From a virus (Duplodnaviria; Caudoviricetes): a DNA stretch of 48,421 nt. The notes beneath the pieces were generated by a model. It was not told the DNA's origin and did not search any database. It worked only from the letters and a program-made list of their open reading frames with translations. The DNA is taken from IMG/VR virus record IMGVR_UViG_3300030104_004938, positions 1 to 48,421 of that record; one strand, written 5' to 3'. The position numbers and the translations under genes were made by a program. The number at the start of each line of letters is the position of its first letter. Position 1 is the stretch's first letter. This document shows positions 28,877 to 38,217 of the stretch, piece after piece.

Positions 28877-30738
28877 TGTTTGAAGCTCAAACAGAGTGGA
28901 TTGCTCCTGAAAACTTTCCAGACTTAAGTGGTTATAAACTTATAGCGATTGATTTAGAAACAAGAGACCCAGATTTAAAAGCAAAAGGTTCTGGCGCTGT
29001 TATAGGAAACGGCGAAATTATAGGTGTAGCTGTTGCTGTAGATGGTTGGTGTAAATACTATCCCTTTGGACATGAAGGTGGTGGTAATTTAGATAAGAAA
29101 AGAATTTTAAGTTGGATTGCTGATGTTTGTGCAACTCCGGCAACTAAAATATTTCACAACGCGATGTATGACGTTTGCTGGCTTCGCTCTTATGGTATAA
29201 AAATTAATGGTCATATTATGGACACCATGGTTATGGCTTCTCTAGTTGATGAAAATAGAATGCGTTATACTTTAAATGCATTAAGTTGGGAATATTTAGG
29301 TGAAAGAAAAAGTGAAACAACTTTAAACGAGGTTGCTAAAAATTGGGGTGTCGATCCTAAAGCAGAACTTTATAAATTACCAGCAATGTACGTTGGAGAA
29401 TATGCAGAAAAAGATGCTTCATTAACATTAGATTTATTTAAAAGACTTTCTTCACAAATAAAAAAAGATAATTTAACTGAAATATTTAATTTAGAAACAC
29501 AGTTATTTCCTTGCTTAGTTGATATGAAATTTAAGGGCGTCCGAGTAGACGTTGAAAAAGCTCACCAATTGAAAGAAAAATTACTTGGACAAGAAACAGT
29601 GTTGCTGCAAGAAATAAAAAAAGAAACACAAATAGATGCTCAAATATGGGCTGCAAGGTCCATTGCCAAAGTTTTTGACAAATTAAATTTACCTTACGAG
29701 AGAACTTTAAAAACAAGTGCGCCATCTTTTACAAAAAACTTCCTTTCCGAACACGAACATCCATTGGTTAAGAAGATAGCAAAAGCTAGAGAAATAAACA
29801 AGGCACACACTACTTTTATAGATACTATTTTAAGATACGAACACAAAGGTAGAATACATGCTGATATTAATCAGATAAGATCTGATCAAGGTGGCACGGT
29901 TACAGGAAGATTTTCATACTCTAATCCTAACCTTCAACAAATTCCAGCAAGAAATAAAGATTTAGGTCCTATGATAAGATCATTATTTATTCCTGAAAAA
30001 AATTGTACTTGGGGTTGCTTTGATTACTCTCAACAAGAACCAAGATTAGTAGTTCACTTTGCTTCAACAACTGCAGGAATAAAAGAAGATCCATCAGTAA
30101 AAGAAATTGTAGATAACTATGCTAGTAACGATATTGATTTTCATAAAACAGTTGCAGACATGGCAGGCATTGATCGAATACAAGCCAAAACTATTAACCT
30201 TGGATTATTTTATGGAATGGGTAAAGCTAAGTTACAAGCAGAATTAGGTTTAAGCACGAAACAAGAAGCTGAAGCGTTATTTAATCAATATCATGAACGA
30301 GTCCCTTTTGTGAAAAATCTTATGCAAGAAACATCTAGATGGGCTTCAAGAGAAGGAGAAATACGAACTCTTCTTGGAAGAGGTTGTAGATTTAATAAAT
30401 GGGAACCAGCTCAATTTGGAATGCATACACCAATGACGTGGGAAGATGCAGTTAAAAAATATGGAGAAAACAGAATACGAAGAGCTTTTACATACAAAGC
30501 TTTAAACAAACTTATACAAGGATCAGCAGCGGATATGACAAAAAAATCAATGCTTGATTTATACAAAGAAGGTATTATAGCTCATATTCAAATTCACGAT
30601 GAATTAGATTTATCTGTTGAGTCTCCAGAACAGGCAAAAAAAGTAGTTGAGATTATGGAGAATGCTGTTAAGTTAGACGTCCCCAATAAAGTAGATTACG
30701 AATCAGGTAAAAATTGGGGTGATATATACGATAAATAG
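28873..30738 (+). CDS. polA: Family A DNA polymerase with 3'-5' exonuclease
   Basis: DLET, FHNAMYD, TGRFSYSNPNLQQIP, DYSQQEPR, AKTINLGLFYGMG, IQGSAAD, IHDEL. Confidence 0.95.
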   Translation: MMFEAQTEWIAPENFPDLSGYKLIAIDLETRDPDLKAKGSGAVIGNGEIIGVAVAVDGWCKYYPFGHEGGGNLDKKRILSWIADVCATPATKIFHNAMYDVCWLRSYGIKINGHIMDTMVMASLVDENRMRYTLNALSWEYLGERKSETTLNEVAKNWGVDPKAELYKLPAMYVGEYAEKDASLTLDLFKRLSSQIKKDNLTEIFNLETQLFPCLVDMKFKGVRVDVEKAHQLKEKLLGQETVLLQEIKKETQIDAQIWAARSIAKVFDKLNLPYERTLKTSAPSFTKNFLSEHEHPLVKKIAKAREINKAHTTFIDTILRYEHKGRIHADINQIRSDQGGTVTGRFSYSNPNLQQIPARNKDLGPMIRSLFIPEKNCTWGCFDYSQQEPRLVVHFASTTAGIKEDPSVKEIVDNYASNDIDFHKTVADMAGIDRIQAKTINLGLFYGMGKAKLQAELGLSTKQEAEALFNQYHERVPFVKNLMQETSRWASREGEIRTLLGRGCRFNKWEPAQFGMHTPMTWEDAVKKYGENRIRRAFTYKALNKLIQGSAADMTKKSMLDLYKEGIIAHIQIHDELDLSVESPEQAKKVVEIMENAVKLDVPNKVDYESGKNWGDIYDK

Positions 30739-30746
30739 GAGGAAAC

Positions 30747-30842
30747 ATGAATATACTAGATCAAATAGAACACCTATGGACAGATCACAAAAAATTAGTG
30801 ATTGCGGCTGTAGTAATTATGGTTCTTTTAGCAATTGCATAA
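30747..30842 (+). CDS. Small membrane peptide (31 aa)
   Basis: AGGAGG RBS; MNILDQIEHLWTDHKKLVIAAVVIMVLLAIA. Confidence 0.6.
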   Translation: MNILDQIEHLWTDHKKLVIAAVVIMVLLAIA

Positions 30843-30859
30843 AAAAGGTTATATGTTAA

Positions 30860-31510
30860 ATGGCATATTTAAACGCAAATATACCTGTGACGTACGCACA
30901 GATCAGGAGGGAATACCTTTATGACCTTAAAAAACATCATGGAGAAGTTGAAGACTGTATTATATTTGCTATGGCATCAATTACAGGGCGTCCAATATTG
31001 TTTCATGCAATTATGGAAAATGGTGCTGTCTTCTATCGTTTACCGATTTCTGCCTTTATCCAGCGAGGCTTTGATGTCAAAGAAGTTCCTCGGCCTAGAC
31101 TTGACGAGTTGGAGCTTTGGAATTGTTTCAGTTACTATCCTGCTGTTACTTCTTTCGATCTCCTAGACGGACAATCTGGAAAATACATAGGAAAAGACAA
31201 AAAATGGCATTCAGGAGCTTATCTTTTTACGGTTGACTGGGGCCACCCAGAGAGTAATATACTAGATACAGATCATTCTGAAATTCCGCACGAACATAAG
31301 TGCGCTCACATACTTGCCTTGGATGATGGCAACTATGCGGCTCAGCCAAACAACAGATTAATATGGAGCATTCCTTCATTTACCGTGAAGACGGAAGTTC
31401 CTGATTGGAAGGTACAAACAAGTGATTGGAATGTTGAAGATAGTAGTAGATGGCGTACTGAAGACACAGACAACTTCTTCTACGAAATTGAGGAGAAAAA
31501 ACATGATTAA
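30860..31510 (+). CDS. Hypothetical phage protein
   Basis: 216 aa, starts MAYLNANIP; EHKCAH and AQPNNR motifs. Confidence 0.7.
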   Translation: MAYLNANIPVTYAQIRREYLYDLKKHHGEVEDCIIFAMASITGRPILFHAIMENGAVFYRLPISAFIQRGFDVKEVPRPRLDELELWNCFSYYPAVTSFDLLDGQSGKYIGKDKKWHSGAYLFTVDWGHPESNILDTDHSEIPHEHKCAHILALDDGNYAAQPNNRLIWSIPSFTVKTEVPDWKVQTSDWNVEDSSRWRTEDTDNFFYEIEEKKHD

Positions 31511-31595
31511 AAAAATATGGAAAATTATTTGTTGGCCATGGTTTAAATTTATTAATTGGTTAGCAGAAGGATTACCAAGAAAAGATGGAAAATAG
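31503..31595 (+). CDS. Small amphipathic Trp-rich peptide (30 aa)
   Basis: GAGGAG RBS; MIKKIWKIICWPWFKFINWLAEGLPRKDGK. Confidence 0.55.
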   Translation: MIKKIWKIICWPWFKFINWLAEGLPRKDGK

Positions 31596-31716
31596 ATTTT
31601 GCACAAAATGTAATCATCTCTGTCACTGTATGGAAGCGGATTTTAAAGATTGCAAATGTGAAAATTGTGAATGTTCTGAAATAAGTACAAGAGAAGAGGA
31701 TGCAACTTATGAATAA
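31585..31716 (+). CDS. Cys/His-rich metallothionein-like peptide (43 aa)
   Basis: MENRFCTKCNHLCHCMEADFKDCKCENCECSEISTREEDATYE; overlaps both neighbours in operon fashion. Confidence 0.6.
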   Translation: MENRFCTKCNHLCHCMEADFKDCKCENCECSEISTREEDATYE

Positions 31717-31864
31717 AATATTTTTAATACTAGCATTTTTTGCTTTGAGCGCCTGCTCTGTCGGCAAAAAATGTGTCGTAACAGATGAGGGTAATGTTAT
31801 ATCTAGTTATGTTTGGTTTTATAAAGATAAACCAACAGAGCTTGATAAAATGAATTGCTTTTAG
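31709..31864 (+). CDS. Small lipoprotein (51 aa)
   Basis: MNKIFLILAFFALSAC lipobox; GAGGA RBS; not in track. Confidence 0.65.
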   Translation: MNKIFLILAFFALSACSVGKKCVVTDEGNVISSYVWFYKDKPTELDKMNCF

Positions 31865-31872
31865 GTAAAATT

Positions 31873-32508
31873 ATGAAATACCTGTCTACGTTTTTATTTT
31901 TGACACTATTGGTGTGTTCAACGTCCGCATACGCAGGTTCAACACAAACCAATGTTTCTGGATCTAACACAGCAATCGAAGGTGGATATACCGGTGGTGC
32001 TACAACCTATGAATCTGGAAGTTCTAGTTCGTCAACAACAAATAATACATCTAATTCAGATATAAGAAGTGCACCCCCTTCTGCGGGAGCACCATCATAT
32101 AATTCTATGACACAAGATGTCTGCGCTATAGGTGCATCAGCAGGGCTACAAACATTTGGTATTGGTGTTAGTGGTGGAAAACATTTTATTGACAAAAATT
32201 GTGAACGGCTTAAACTAGCTAGGATTTTAAACGACTTTGGTATGAAAGTTGCAGCAGTTGCAATATTATGCCAAGATGAAAGAGTATTTGAAAGTATGAT
32301 ACAAGCAGGGACACCATGTCCGATTGATGGACGTATTGGTAAACAAGCTATGAAATTATGGGAAAAATATGATTTTGAAAGACCTGATTATAAAGCATAC
32401 ATTAAACGTATGAAACAAAGAGAAAAAGTTCAACCTGTCATAGACGACAAACCTCTTCCAGCAGACGTATCTACTAATAAGAAGGTTTCATGGACGACGC
32501 CAAAATAA
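31873..32508 (+). CDS. Secreted Cys-containing protein
   Basis: Signal peptide MKYLSTFLFLTLLVCSTSAYA, S/T-rich linker, DKNCERLKLAR...CQDERVF...GTPCP domain. Confidence 0.65.
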   Translation: MKYLSTFLFLTLLVCSTSAYAGSTQTNVSGSNTAIEGGYTGGATTYESGSSSSSTTNNTSNSDIRSAPPSAGAPSYNSMTQDVCAIGASAGLQTFGIGVSGGKHFIDKNCERLKLARILNDFGMKVAAVAILCQDERVFESMIQAGTPCPIDGRIGKQAMKLWEKYDFERPDYKAYIKRMKQREKVQPVIDDKPLPADVSTNKKVSWTTPK

Positions 32509-34280
32509 AAATTAAAGCTATCGCAATTATTTTTTTCTGCTGCTATGCATTAGCAAGTTGTTTTTCTAACACTGTTAAAGCAGAAAATGTACTCACAGGA
32601 AACATTTTACCTAATGCTGGCAATTCAGTCAGCTCTTATAACAGCGGGACTACTCCAGTCATATCCGACAATACTTCAGATACCACGATGAGCAATAACA
32701 CTACTCTAGATGGTTTTGCTATTACCTGTGATACAGCTAATGGCCAGAACGGTGGATGTGGTGCATTTTTCACCTATGACAAAGCTGTTGAAGCTGCGCA
32801 TGATTTAAAAATTACGTCTACAGCAACGTTGGTAGGCATTGATGGCACCGGTCAAACGTCTAGTAATACTATTACTTCTACAACAGATAAACTTGATAAT
32901 GGCATCACATTAGATAGCACCATCGACATGCAAAATTGTGAATGGTCTGGTTCAGCTTTTCGTTGCGGTGACAGCACCGGAGCCGTAGATAGCTATACCG
33001 TTAATATCCGGATACTAGATAGTAGCGATGAGGAACTAGCAGCTGTAACTCAAACAAGAACAAATGATGCAGGTTATTACGCCAACTCAGAAACTTTCAC
33101 TAATCAATTAGTTTATACAGGAACTGGAGCTAGTAAATATGAATGGTCCTGGGAGGGCGTCGACGGATCTGGTTCAACGTCAAACCATACTAATCAACGA
33201 GGTCCTAACTTATTAGGAGCACAATTATTAATGACTTTTGATAGTGAAGACTATGTTACAATATCGACTGAATCACAAACTGCTCTTACAAGTGTAGAAA
33301 CAACTTTTGCAGAACTAGAAGAAATTTTTGCTGAAACAGTTAGTGTTGTTGCAGAAGACCCTGTAACATTCTCTATGGAAATAGAGGAAGAGACTTCTTT
33401 TGAAGAGTTTTTTTCGTTTGAAGAAGAAGAAATTGAATTACCAATTTATACTCCGGCAGCGGCACCCATAGAAACTGTTGCCAAGATGGAAACAGCAATA
33501 GTAGAATTAAAAGAAACAAAAACAGTTCAGACTATTAAGAAACAAGTTATAGAAACAGTTCAGGAGACAATAAGTGCAAAGACAGAAACGCCTAAGGAAA
33601 CATTACCAATGGTATCTAAAAAAGAAACGGTTTCATCAACGCCGAAGGAAGAACCAAAAGCGAAAGCCGTAGCCTCTGCTCCTCCAGGTAAAGAAACAGT
33701 TGCAAAAACACCCACAAAAATGGTACAAAACAAACATGAAGAAAAAAAAGAAAAAGCAGTTAAAGAAAAAAAAGAAGTTAAAGAAGAAAAAAAAGAAAAA
33801 GTAAAAAAAGAAGCTAAGATTGCTAAAAAAGAAGAAACAAAAGAAAAAGAAAGTGCTGAAAAGGAATCCAGTAGCGAAAGCCCTACAGAGGTTTCGTCAG
33901 CAAATACTTCCAAACAAAAAGAGATACAACAGAAAAAAGCTCTCGTTAAAAATATTGACAGAGTAATGGATAAGGTTGACTCTGAAGTCAAAGATATTGC
34001 AAAAAACCTAGAAATTAAAAATATTATAAAATTAGAAGCTATGGCTAGTGAACAAGCTTCATTAGATTTATACGCAAAAACCTTATTTTATGAGCCAAAA
34101 GACATCTATCTAGACCAATTAAATATCTTTGATAATAGACAAATTTACGATAATGTCAGTCTTGCAAGCTACATTAAAACTGATAAAGTGGCAATCAAGG
34201 CAAATGCCTTGCATAAACTTAATCTTAAGAAACAAAGATTATTAATAGAACTGGAGCAATTAAAAAATGGGAAAATTTAA
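32490..34280 (+). CDS. Large exported protein with beta-rich N-domain and E/K-rich stalk
   Basis: Hydrophobic N-terminus, T/S/G/N-rich domain with two Cys pairs, long charged low-complexity region. Confidence 0.6.
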   Translation: MDDAKIKIKAIAIIFFCCYALASCFSNTVKAENVLTGNILPNAGNSVSSYNSGTTPVISDNTSDTTMSNNTTLDGFAITCDTANGQNGGCGAFFTYDKAVEAAHDLKITSTATLVGIDGTGQTSSNTITSTTDKLDNGITLDSTIDMQNCEWSGSAFRCGDSTGAVDSYTVNIRILDSSDEELAAVTQTRTNDAGYYANSETFTNQLVYTGTGASKYEWSWEGVDGSGSTSNHTNQRGPNLLGAQLLMTFDSEDYVTISTESQTALTSVETTFAELEEIFAETVSVVAEDPVTFSMEIEEETSFEEFFSFEEEEIELPIYTPAAAPIETVAKMETAIVELKETKTVQTIKKQVIETVQETISAKTETPKETLPMVSKKETVSSTPKEEPKAKAVASAPPGKETVAKTPTKMVQNKHEEKKEKAVKEKKEVKEEKKEKVKKEAKIAKKEETKEKESAEKESSSESPTEVSSANTSKQKEIQQKKALVKNIDRVMDKVDSEVKDIAKNLEIKNIIKLEAMASEQASLDLYAKTLFYEPKDIYLDQLNIFDNRQIYDNVSLASYIKTDKVAIKANALHKLNLKKQRLLIELEQLKNGKI

Positions 34281-34557
34281 CTTAAAGGATCAGTTAGCAG
34301 GTGTGGCTGCATTAATAGCAGCTATTGTAGCTATCGGTGGTGGTTTTGTTAAGTATGGTGAAATTACAACTAAACTTAATGCACTAACTGAACAAGCTGG
34401 ACCTGATCTTACACCTCTTGCATCGCAAATTGGCACTGCCAATAATGGCGTTGCTAAAAATCAAACTGATATAGCAGTACTTCAAAAAGAAATTGAATTA
34501 CTTAATTTGCAAATAGAGGAAATAAAAGTAAGTACAAGTAATCCACTATCAAACTAA
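34267..34557 (+). CDS. N-terminal TM + coiled-coil protein
   Basis: LAGVAALIAAIVAIGGGF followed by heptad pattern. Confidence 0.6.
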   Translation: MGKFNLKDQLAGVAALIAAIVAIGGGFVKYGEITTKLNALTEQAGPDLTPLASQIGTANNGVAKNQTDIAVLQKEIELLNLQIEEIKVSTSNPLSN

Positions 34558-34558
34558 T

Positions 34559-34975
34559 ATGGGCAAACCATTAAAAATCTCGGAGGAAGCAGCCGTTCAG
34601 ATGCCGATGAAAACCGTGGCCTCTTTGATCGCCATGGTGGCGATCGGGACCTGGGCTTACTTCGGTATAATTGAAACGCAAAATAAAATTTCAACGACAT
34701 TAGAATTAATGGAAAAAGACTTAACCGAGAATACAGAATTCCGGATCAAGTGGCCTAGAGGTCAGTTAGGTTCATTGCCCGCAGATTCTGAACAGTTTAT
34801 GATGATTGAGGATCTTTACAAAACCACGGATAAGTTAAACAAACACATTGATTCTATGTCTTTAAATAAAGTTAACATCGAATTTTTAAGAAAACAAATG
34901 GACAAAGTATTAATGGATATTGAAAAGCTTAAGGATGCTAACAGAGAAATACACTATAAGAACGGATCACAATAA
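34559..34975 (+). CDS. N-terminal TM + coiled-coil protein
   Basis: VASLIAMVAIGTWAYFGII, WPRGQLGSLPADSEQFM. Confidence 0.6.
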   Translation: MGKPLKISEEAAVQMPMKTVASLIAMVAIGTWAYFGIIETQNKISTTLELMEKDLTENTEFRIKWPRGQLGSLPADSEQFMMIEDLYKTTDKLNKHIDSMSLNKVNIEFLRKQMDKVLMDIEKLKDANREIHYKNGSQ

Positions 34976-35184
34976 TGATTGAGACAGTTTTTGCATTACT
35001 CATGTTTGTAAACGGAGAAATTAAGGAACATCGTATTCAGCCCTCCATGGGAATTTGTTTGCGCGGAAAACGCGAAGCGGAACGCCAGTATAGTGAGACC
35101 GTATCTTATAAATGTATTAAATCTAAAGCTGAAGTTGAGATGTATCTAGGTGAAAAACACATCACAAAAATTATATTAGAATAA
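34975..35184 (+). CDS. Small hypothetical protein
   Basis: 69 aa, two Cys, TAATG-coupled. Confidence 0.6.
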   Translation: MIETVFALLMFVNGEIKEHRIQPSMGICLRGKREAERQYSETVSYKCIKSKAEVEMYLGEKHITKIILE

Positions 35185-35384
35185 TGGCCAAAGCAGATTA
35201 CCAGGAAATTATAGCGGAATATAAAGAGCAAGTCCGAGTGCTCAAGGAGCAGGTTAATGAACTGACCGATGCCTGTAAGGCTAAAGATTCAGCCTTGAAA
35301 AGAGCGCTACAAAAGTTAGAATACACAACAGACGATTTAGATAAATTACAGGAGAAAACTGATGAAACTGACGGAAAACTTTAG
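35184..35384 (+). CDS. Small coiled-coil protein
   Basis: 66 aa heptad pattern, TAATG-coupled. Confidence 0.6.
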   Translation: MAKADYQEIIAEYKEQVRVLKEQVNELTDACKAKDSALKRALQKLEYTTDDLDKLQEKTDETDGKL

Positions 35385-35820
35385 CCTTAACGAGCTAACA
35401 AAGTCACAAACAGCCGAAAGAAAGGGTATAGATAATACCCCTAGTACCGAGCACCAGGAAAACCTGAAATCGCTCTGTGAGATGATCCTACAGCCAATTA
35501 GAGACCATTTTGGACAGGTTGTAAGCGTTTCCAGCGGATATCGCTCTCCAGAACTGTGTGTTGCCATAGGCAGCTCCACACAAAGTCAGCATGCAAAAGG
35601 CGAGGCTTCAGATTTCGAAATCTTTGGCGTATCCAATAAAGAATTAGCAGACTACATCGACCAAAACTTAGACTACGATCAACTCATTCTCGAGTACTGG
35701 AAAGGCGAAGATGAGCCTAACTCAGGCTGGGTCCACTGCTCCTATACAAACGGCAACAATAGAAAACAATACTTGAGAGCTTATAAAGAAAATGGTAGCA
35801 CTAAGTATGAGCCTGTTTAA
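35362..35820 (+). CDS. Peptidase M15A endolysin
   Basis: NFSLNELTKS, SSGYRS, SQHAKGEASD, GWVHCS zinc-ligand motifs. Confidence 0.88.
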   Translation: MKLTENFSLNELTKSQTAERKGIDNTPSTEHQENLKSLCEMILQPIRDHFGQVVSVSSGYRSPELCVAIGSSTQSQHAKGEASDFEIFGVSNKELADYIDQNLDYDQLILEYWKGEDEPNSGWVHCSYTNGNNRKQYLRAYKENGSTKYEPV

Positions 35821-36019
35821 AAGATATAAATTAAAACTCAATCCAGAAGTTACACCGGGTGTATGCCCGCACTGTCATGAAATGTCTGACTTTGTATCCA
35901 TCGTCAATGACTATTATAAATGTTTAACTTGCGGCACGGATGTCGAGCAAAAAATAAACGGTGTAATTAAATATTTACCTATTGGTAAAGATACTATCAT
36001 CGACAAAGACTATGGCTAA
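35807..36019 (+). CDS. Zinc-ribbon protein
   Basis: CPHC ... CLTC; start at 35807 preferred over 35792. Confidence 0.6.
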   Translation: MSLFKRYKLKLNPEVTPGVCPHCHEMSDFVSIVNDYYKCLTCGTDVEQKINGVIKYLPIGKDTIIDKDYG

Positions 36020-36143
36020 AAAAAGGCCATTATTTGGCGTATCCAACTACAAGAAACAGACTCCTAAAAAACGCCCTGGAAGGCACGCAAAGTCATATTC
36101 TAAGCGCATTCCACGCAGAAAAAAATCTCGTGGACAAGGTTGA
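36012..36143 (+). CDS. Small very basic protein ending RGQG (43 aa)
   Basis: MAKKRPLFGVSNYKKQTPKKRPGRHAKSYSKRIPRRKKSRGQG; not in track. Confidence 0.6.
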   Translation: MAKKRPLFGVSNYKKQTPKKRPGRHAKSYSKRIPRRKKSRGQG

Positions 36144-36168
36144 CAACTAGCACATAATATCCTACAAA
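36140..36168 (+). promoter_or_regulatory. Sigma70-like promoter
   Basis: TTGACA-17 nt-TACAAA, then AGAAAG RBS and ATG 36183. Confidence 0.6.
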
Positions 36169-36182
36169 TACAACAGAAAGTT

Positions 36183-36641
36183 ATGAACATATTTTTTTTA
36201 GATGCAGATCCCAAACATGCAGCACAAATGCAATGCGACAAGCACGTTGTTAAAATGACAGTAGAGACTGCACAAATGTTATCAACCGCAGCTCGTGCTC
36301 ATGGACATGATGTCGGTTATCTATCAGCTTATCCCAAGCATCCAATGACGTTATGGGTAGGTCAATCACCACACAATTTTGCCTGGACTATTATTCACGG
36401 ATTAGAATTATGTAAAGAATACACGTTTCGCTACAACAAAACACATGCCACAGAAAAAATTATACATGACCTATATAGTGTCTGCAAAGGTGACTATATG
36501 AAAAAAACTGACCCACCTCAATGCATGCCCGACAAATACAAAAGTAAAGATTATATTCAAGCTTATCAAAATTTTTATCTAGGCGAGAAAAAACATTTTG
36601 CTAAATATACTAATCGTGAGACACCGGAGTTTATGAAATGA
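36183..36641 (+). CDS. Pyrimidine-dimer DNA glycosylase / endonuclease V-like protein
   Basis: MNIFFLD.DP, CDKHVVKM..ETAQMLST, HPMTLW, PPQCMPD. Confidence 0.75.
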   Translation: MNIFFLDADPKHAAQMQCDKHVVKMTVETAQMLSTAARAHGHDVGYLSAYPKHPMTLWVGQSPHNFAWTIIHGLELCKEYTFRYNKTHATEKIIHDLYSVCKGDYMKKTDPPQCMPDKYKSKDYIQAYQNFYLGEKKHFAKYTNRETPEFMK

Positions 36642-36796
36642 CAACACAACAACAAATAGACAACGCAGCTAAAAACTGGGAAAAAACTAGAGAAGAAAGA
36701 TACAAAGAAGAATGGTACAATCTAATAAGGAAATGGAATGAAGAGTCTCATTATCATACTAAGCATAGGGTTTATAGAAATACCATACGAAAATAA
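36638..36796 (+). CDS. Small hypothetical protein (52 aa)
   Basis: ATGA overlap with previous stop; MTTQQQIDNAAKNWEKT... Confidence 0.45.
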   Translation: MTTQQQIDNAAKNWEKTREERYKEEWYNLIRKWNEESHYHTKHRVYRNTIRK

Positions 36797-36923
36797 ACTA
36801 ACTTGTGTAGAGCAAGGATCCATGTGGCTAGAGATACACAGCAAGCATCGGGCGACAGGCGACAAGAATCAAGGATTATACACGAGAGACGGGAAACTTG
36901 TCTACGGATTTTTCTGTCGTTAA
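36738..36923 (+). CDS. Small hypothetical protein
   Basis: 61 aa, hydrophobic N-terminus, two Cys. Confidence 0.5.
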   Translation: MKSLIIILSIGFIEIPYENKLTCVEQGSMWLEIHSKHRATGDKNQGLYTRDGKLVYGFFCR

Positions 36924-37135
36924 ATACTAGATTCTGGATTGCAATGAAAAGCAACAAAAAGTCTTTGTTGTTCAGCTAATTTTCTATCGATTGCTATAAA
37001 CACATTATAGCCCTCTTTATACCCTGCACTAACACACGCAGTGTGGCTATCATACTCACCAGGAACGGTTATTGGTGGCACTATACAAGAACCATGTATC
37101 GCTGAGCACACCCATAATATTAAAAAAAACTTCAT
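36920..37135 (-). CDS. Small hypothetical protein with hydrophobic N-terminus
   Basis: MKFFLILWVCSAIHGSC...YDSHTACVSAG...FHC; converges on the previous ORF. Confidence 0.55.
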   Translation of the reverse strand: MKFFLILWVCSAIHGSCIVPPITVPGEYDSHTACVSAGYKEGYNVFIAIDRKLAEQQRLFVAFHCNPESSI

Positions 37136-37205
37136 TGACAAACTTGTAATTTATGAATAATATCCTATATTGTTATAAAACAATATGGAAAGGAAAATAT
37201 AACAT

Positions 37206-37379
37206 ATGACTGACATAAGTAAATATAAAAACGTTTCTCTATCAAAAGATACTTATTCTAAGATAGATAAATTAAGACGAATCATTACACCCAATACAAT
37301 AATGAGTCGAAGTCAAACCATTAATATTTTAGTTAATAAAGAAGTTAAAAGACTGAATGGAAAGGCATCAGATGTTTAA
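37206..37379 (+). CDS. Ribbon-helix-helix-like DNA-binding protein (57 aa)
   Basis: YKNVSLSKDTYSKIDKL...MSRSQTINILV fits the strand-helix-helix pattern; own promoter (TTGACA 37135) and GAAAGGA RBS. Confidence 0.6.
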   Translation: MTDISKYKNVSLSKDTYSKIDKLRRIITPNTIMSRSQTINILVNKEVKRLNGKASDV

Positions 37380-37521
37380 AGTACCCGAAGAAGATCGAAA
37401 AATTTTCTTGGAATATTTAGCCAAGAAACCTTATATTGAAGTTGCAGGACTTGTGGCAAGGATTGCAGCCTGGGCTAAAATAGACTCCAAAGAGAAAAAT
37501 GGAAAAGATAAAACCCAGTAA
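37372..37521 (+). CDS. Small hypothetical protein (49 aa)
   Basis: MFKVPEEDRKIFLEYLAKKPYIEVAGLV...; GAAAGG RBS. Confidence 0.55.
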   Translation: MFKVPEEDRKIFLEYLAKKPYIEVAGLVARIAAWAKIDSKEKNGKDKTQ

Positions 37522-37687
37522 ACTGATTTGTCCTGCCTGTTTAGGTAACGGTTATCGTAAGATTTTTAAAGATGCGACCTCAAATTTAAGGGTAGTTATT
37601 GACTGCGAAGCATGCGATAATCAGGGCGAGATTAAAAATGATGAAAAAAATATTTTTGCTATGCGCTATCTTAATAACGTGCTCTAG
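37499..37687 (+). CDS. DnaJ-type zinc finger protein
   Basis: CPACLGNG ... CEACDNQG. Confidence 0.65.
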   Translation: MEKIKPSKLICPACLGNGYRKIFKDATSNLRVVIDCEACDNQGEIKNDEKNIFAMRYLNNVL

Positions 37688-37859
37688 TTGCAGTGAGTTC
37701 GCTCTTCTTGCATCTGGTAGTTCCGTTGTTGTATCACAAAATGCTTATTCTAGAGCCTATAGTGGTATGGATGTGCTAACCATTATGCAAACTGATAAAG
37801 ACATTAAAAGACATATTTATGACAAAGTACGAGAATATAATAAAACAGAAAGCAAATAA
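37638..37859 (+). CDS. Putative small lipoprotein
   Basis: MMKKIFLLCAILITCSSC signal/lipobox-like; start approximate. Confidence 0.5.
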   Translation: MMKKIFLLCAILITCSSCSEFALLASGSSVVVSQNAYSRAYSGMDVLTIMQTDKDIKRHIYDKVREYNKTESK

Positions 37860-38217
37860 CAAATCAATAGATTTAGATGCTATTGCTAGAAAGTATAAAA
37901 TGAGTGTGACAGATGTTAAAAACATTAAACAGATGATACATGATGCAGAACTAGAAACATCATTAGTTAAAGCAGTGGGTATGAACTCACCCGAAATGAA
38001 AGCAGCTAAAGAAGAAATTAATGATCTTAAAAACAAAATAGCTTCTTTAGAAGAATGTTTAAACTCTCGTGATTACACAAGACAACATGATTACAAATTT
38101 CTAATTGATGAAAATCATCGATTAGAACAACAATATTTGGAAATCATGGCAGACAATAAAAAATTAGCTCAACAAATTGAAGACCAAGTTGATCGTTTAA
38201 GAAAGTCGGGAATGTGA
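37819..38217 (+). CDS. Coiled-coil hypothetical protein
   Basis: 132 aa ORF in a contiguous operon. Confidence 0.55.
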   Translation: MTKYENIIKQKANNKSIDLDAIARKYKMSVTDVKNIKQMIHDAELETSLVKAVGMNSPEMKAAKEEINDLKNKIASLEECLNSRDYTRQHDYKFLIDENHRLEQQYLEIMADNKKLAQQIEDQVDRLRKSGM

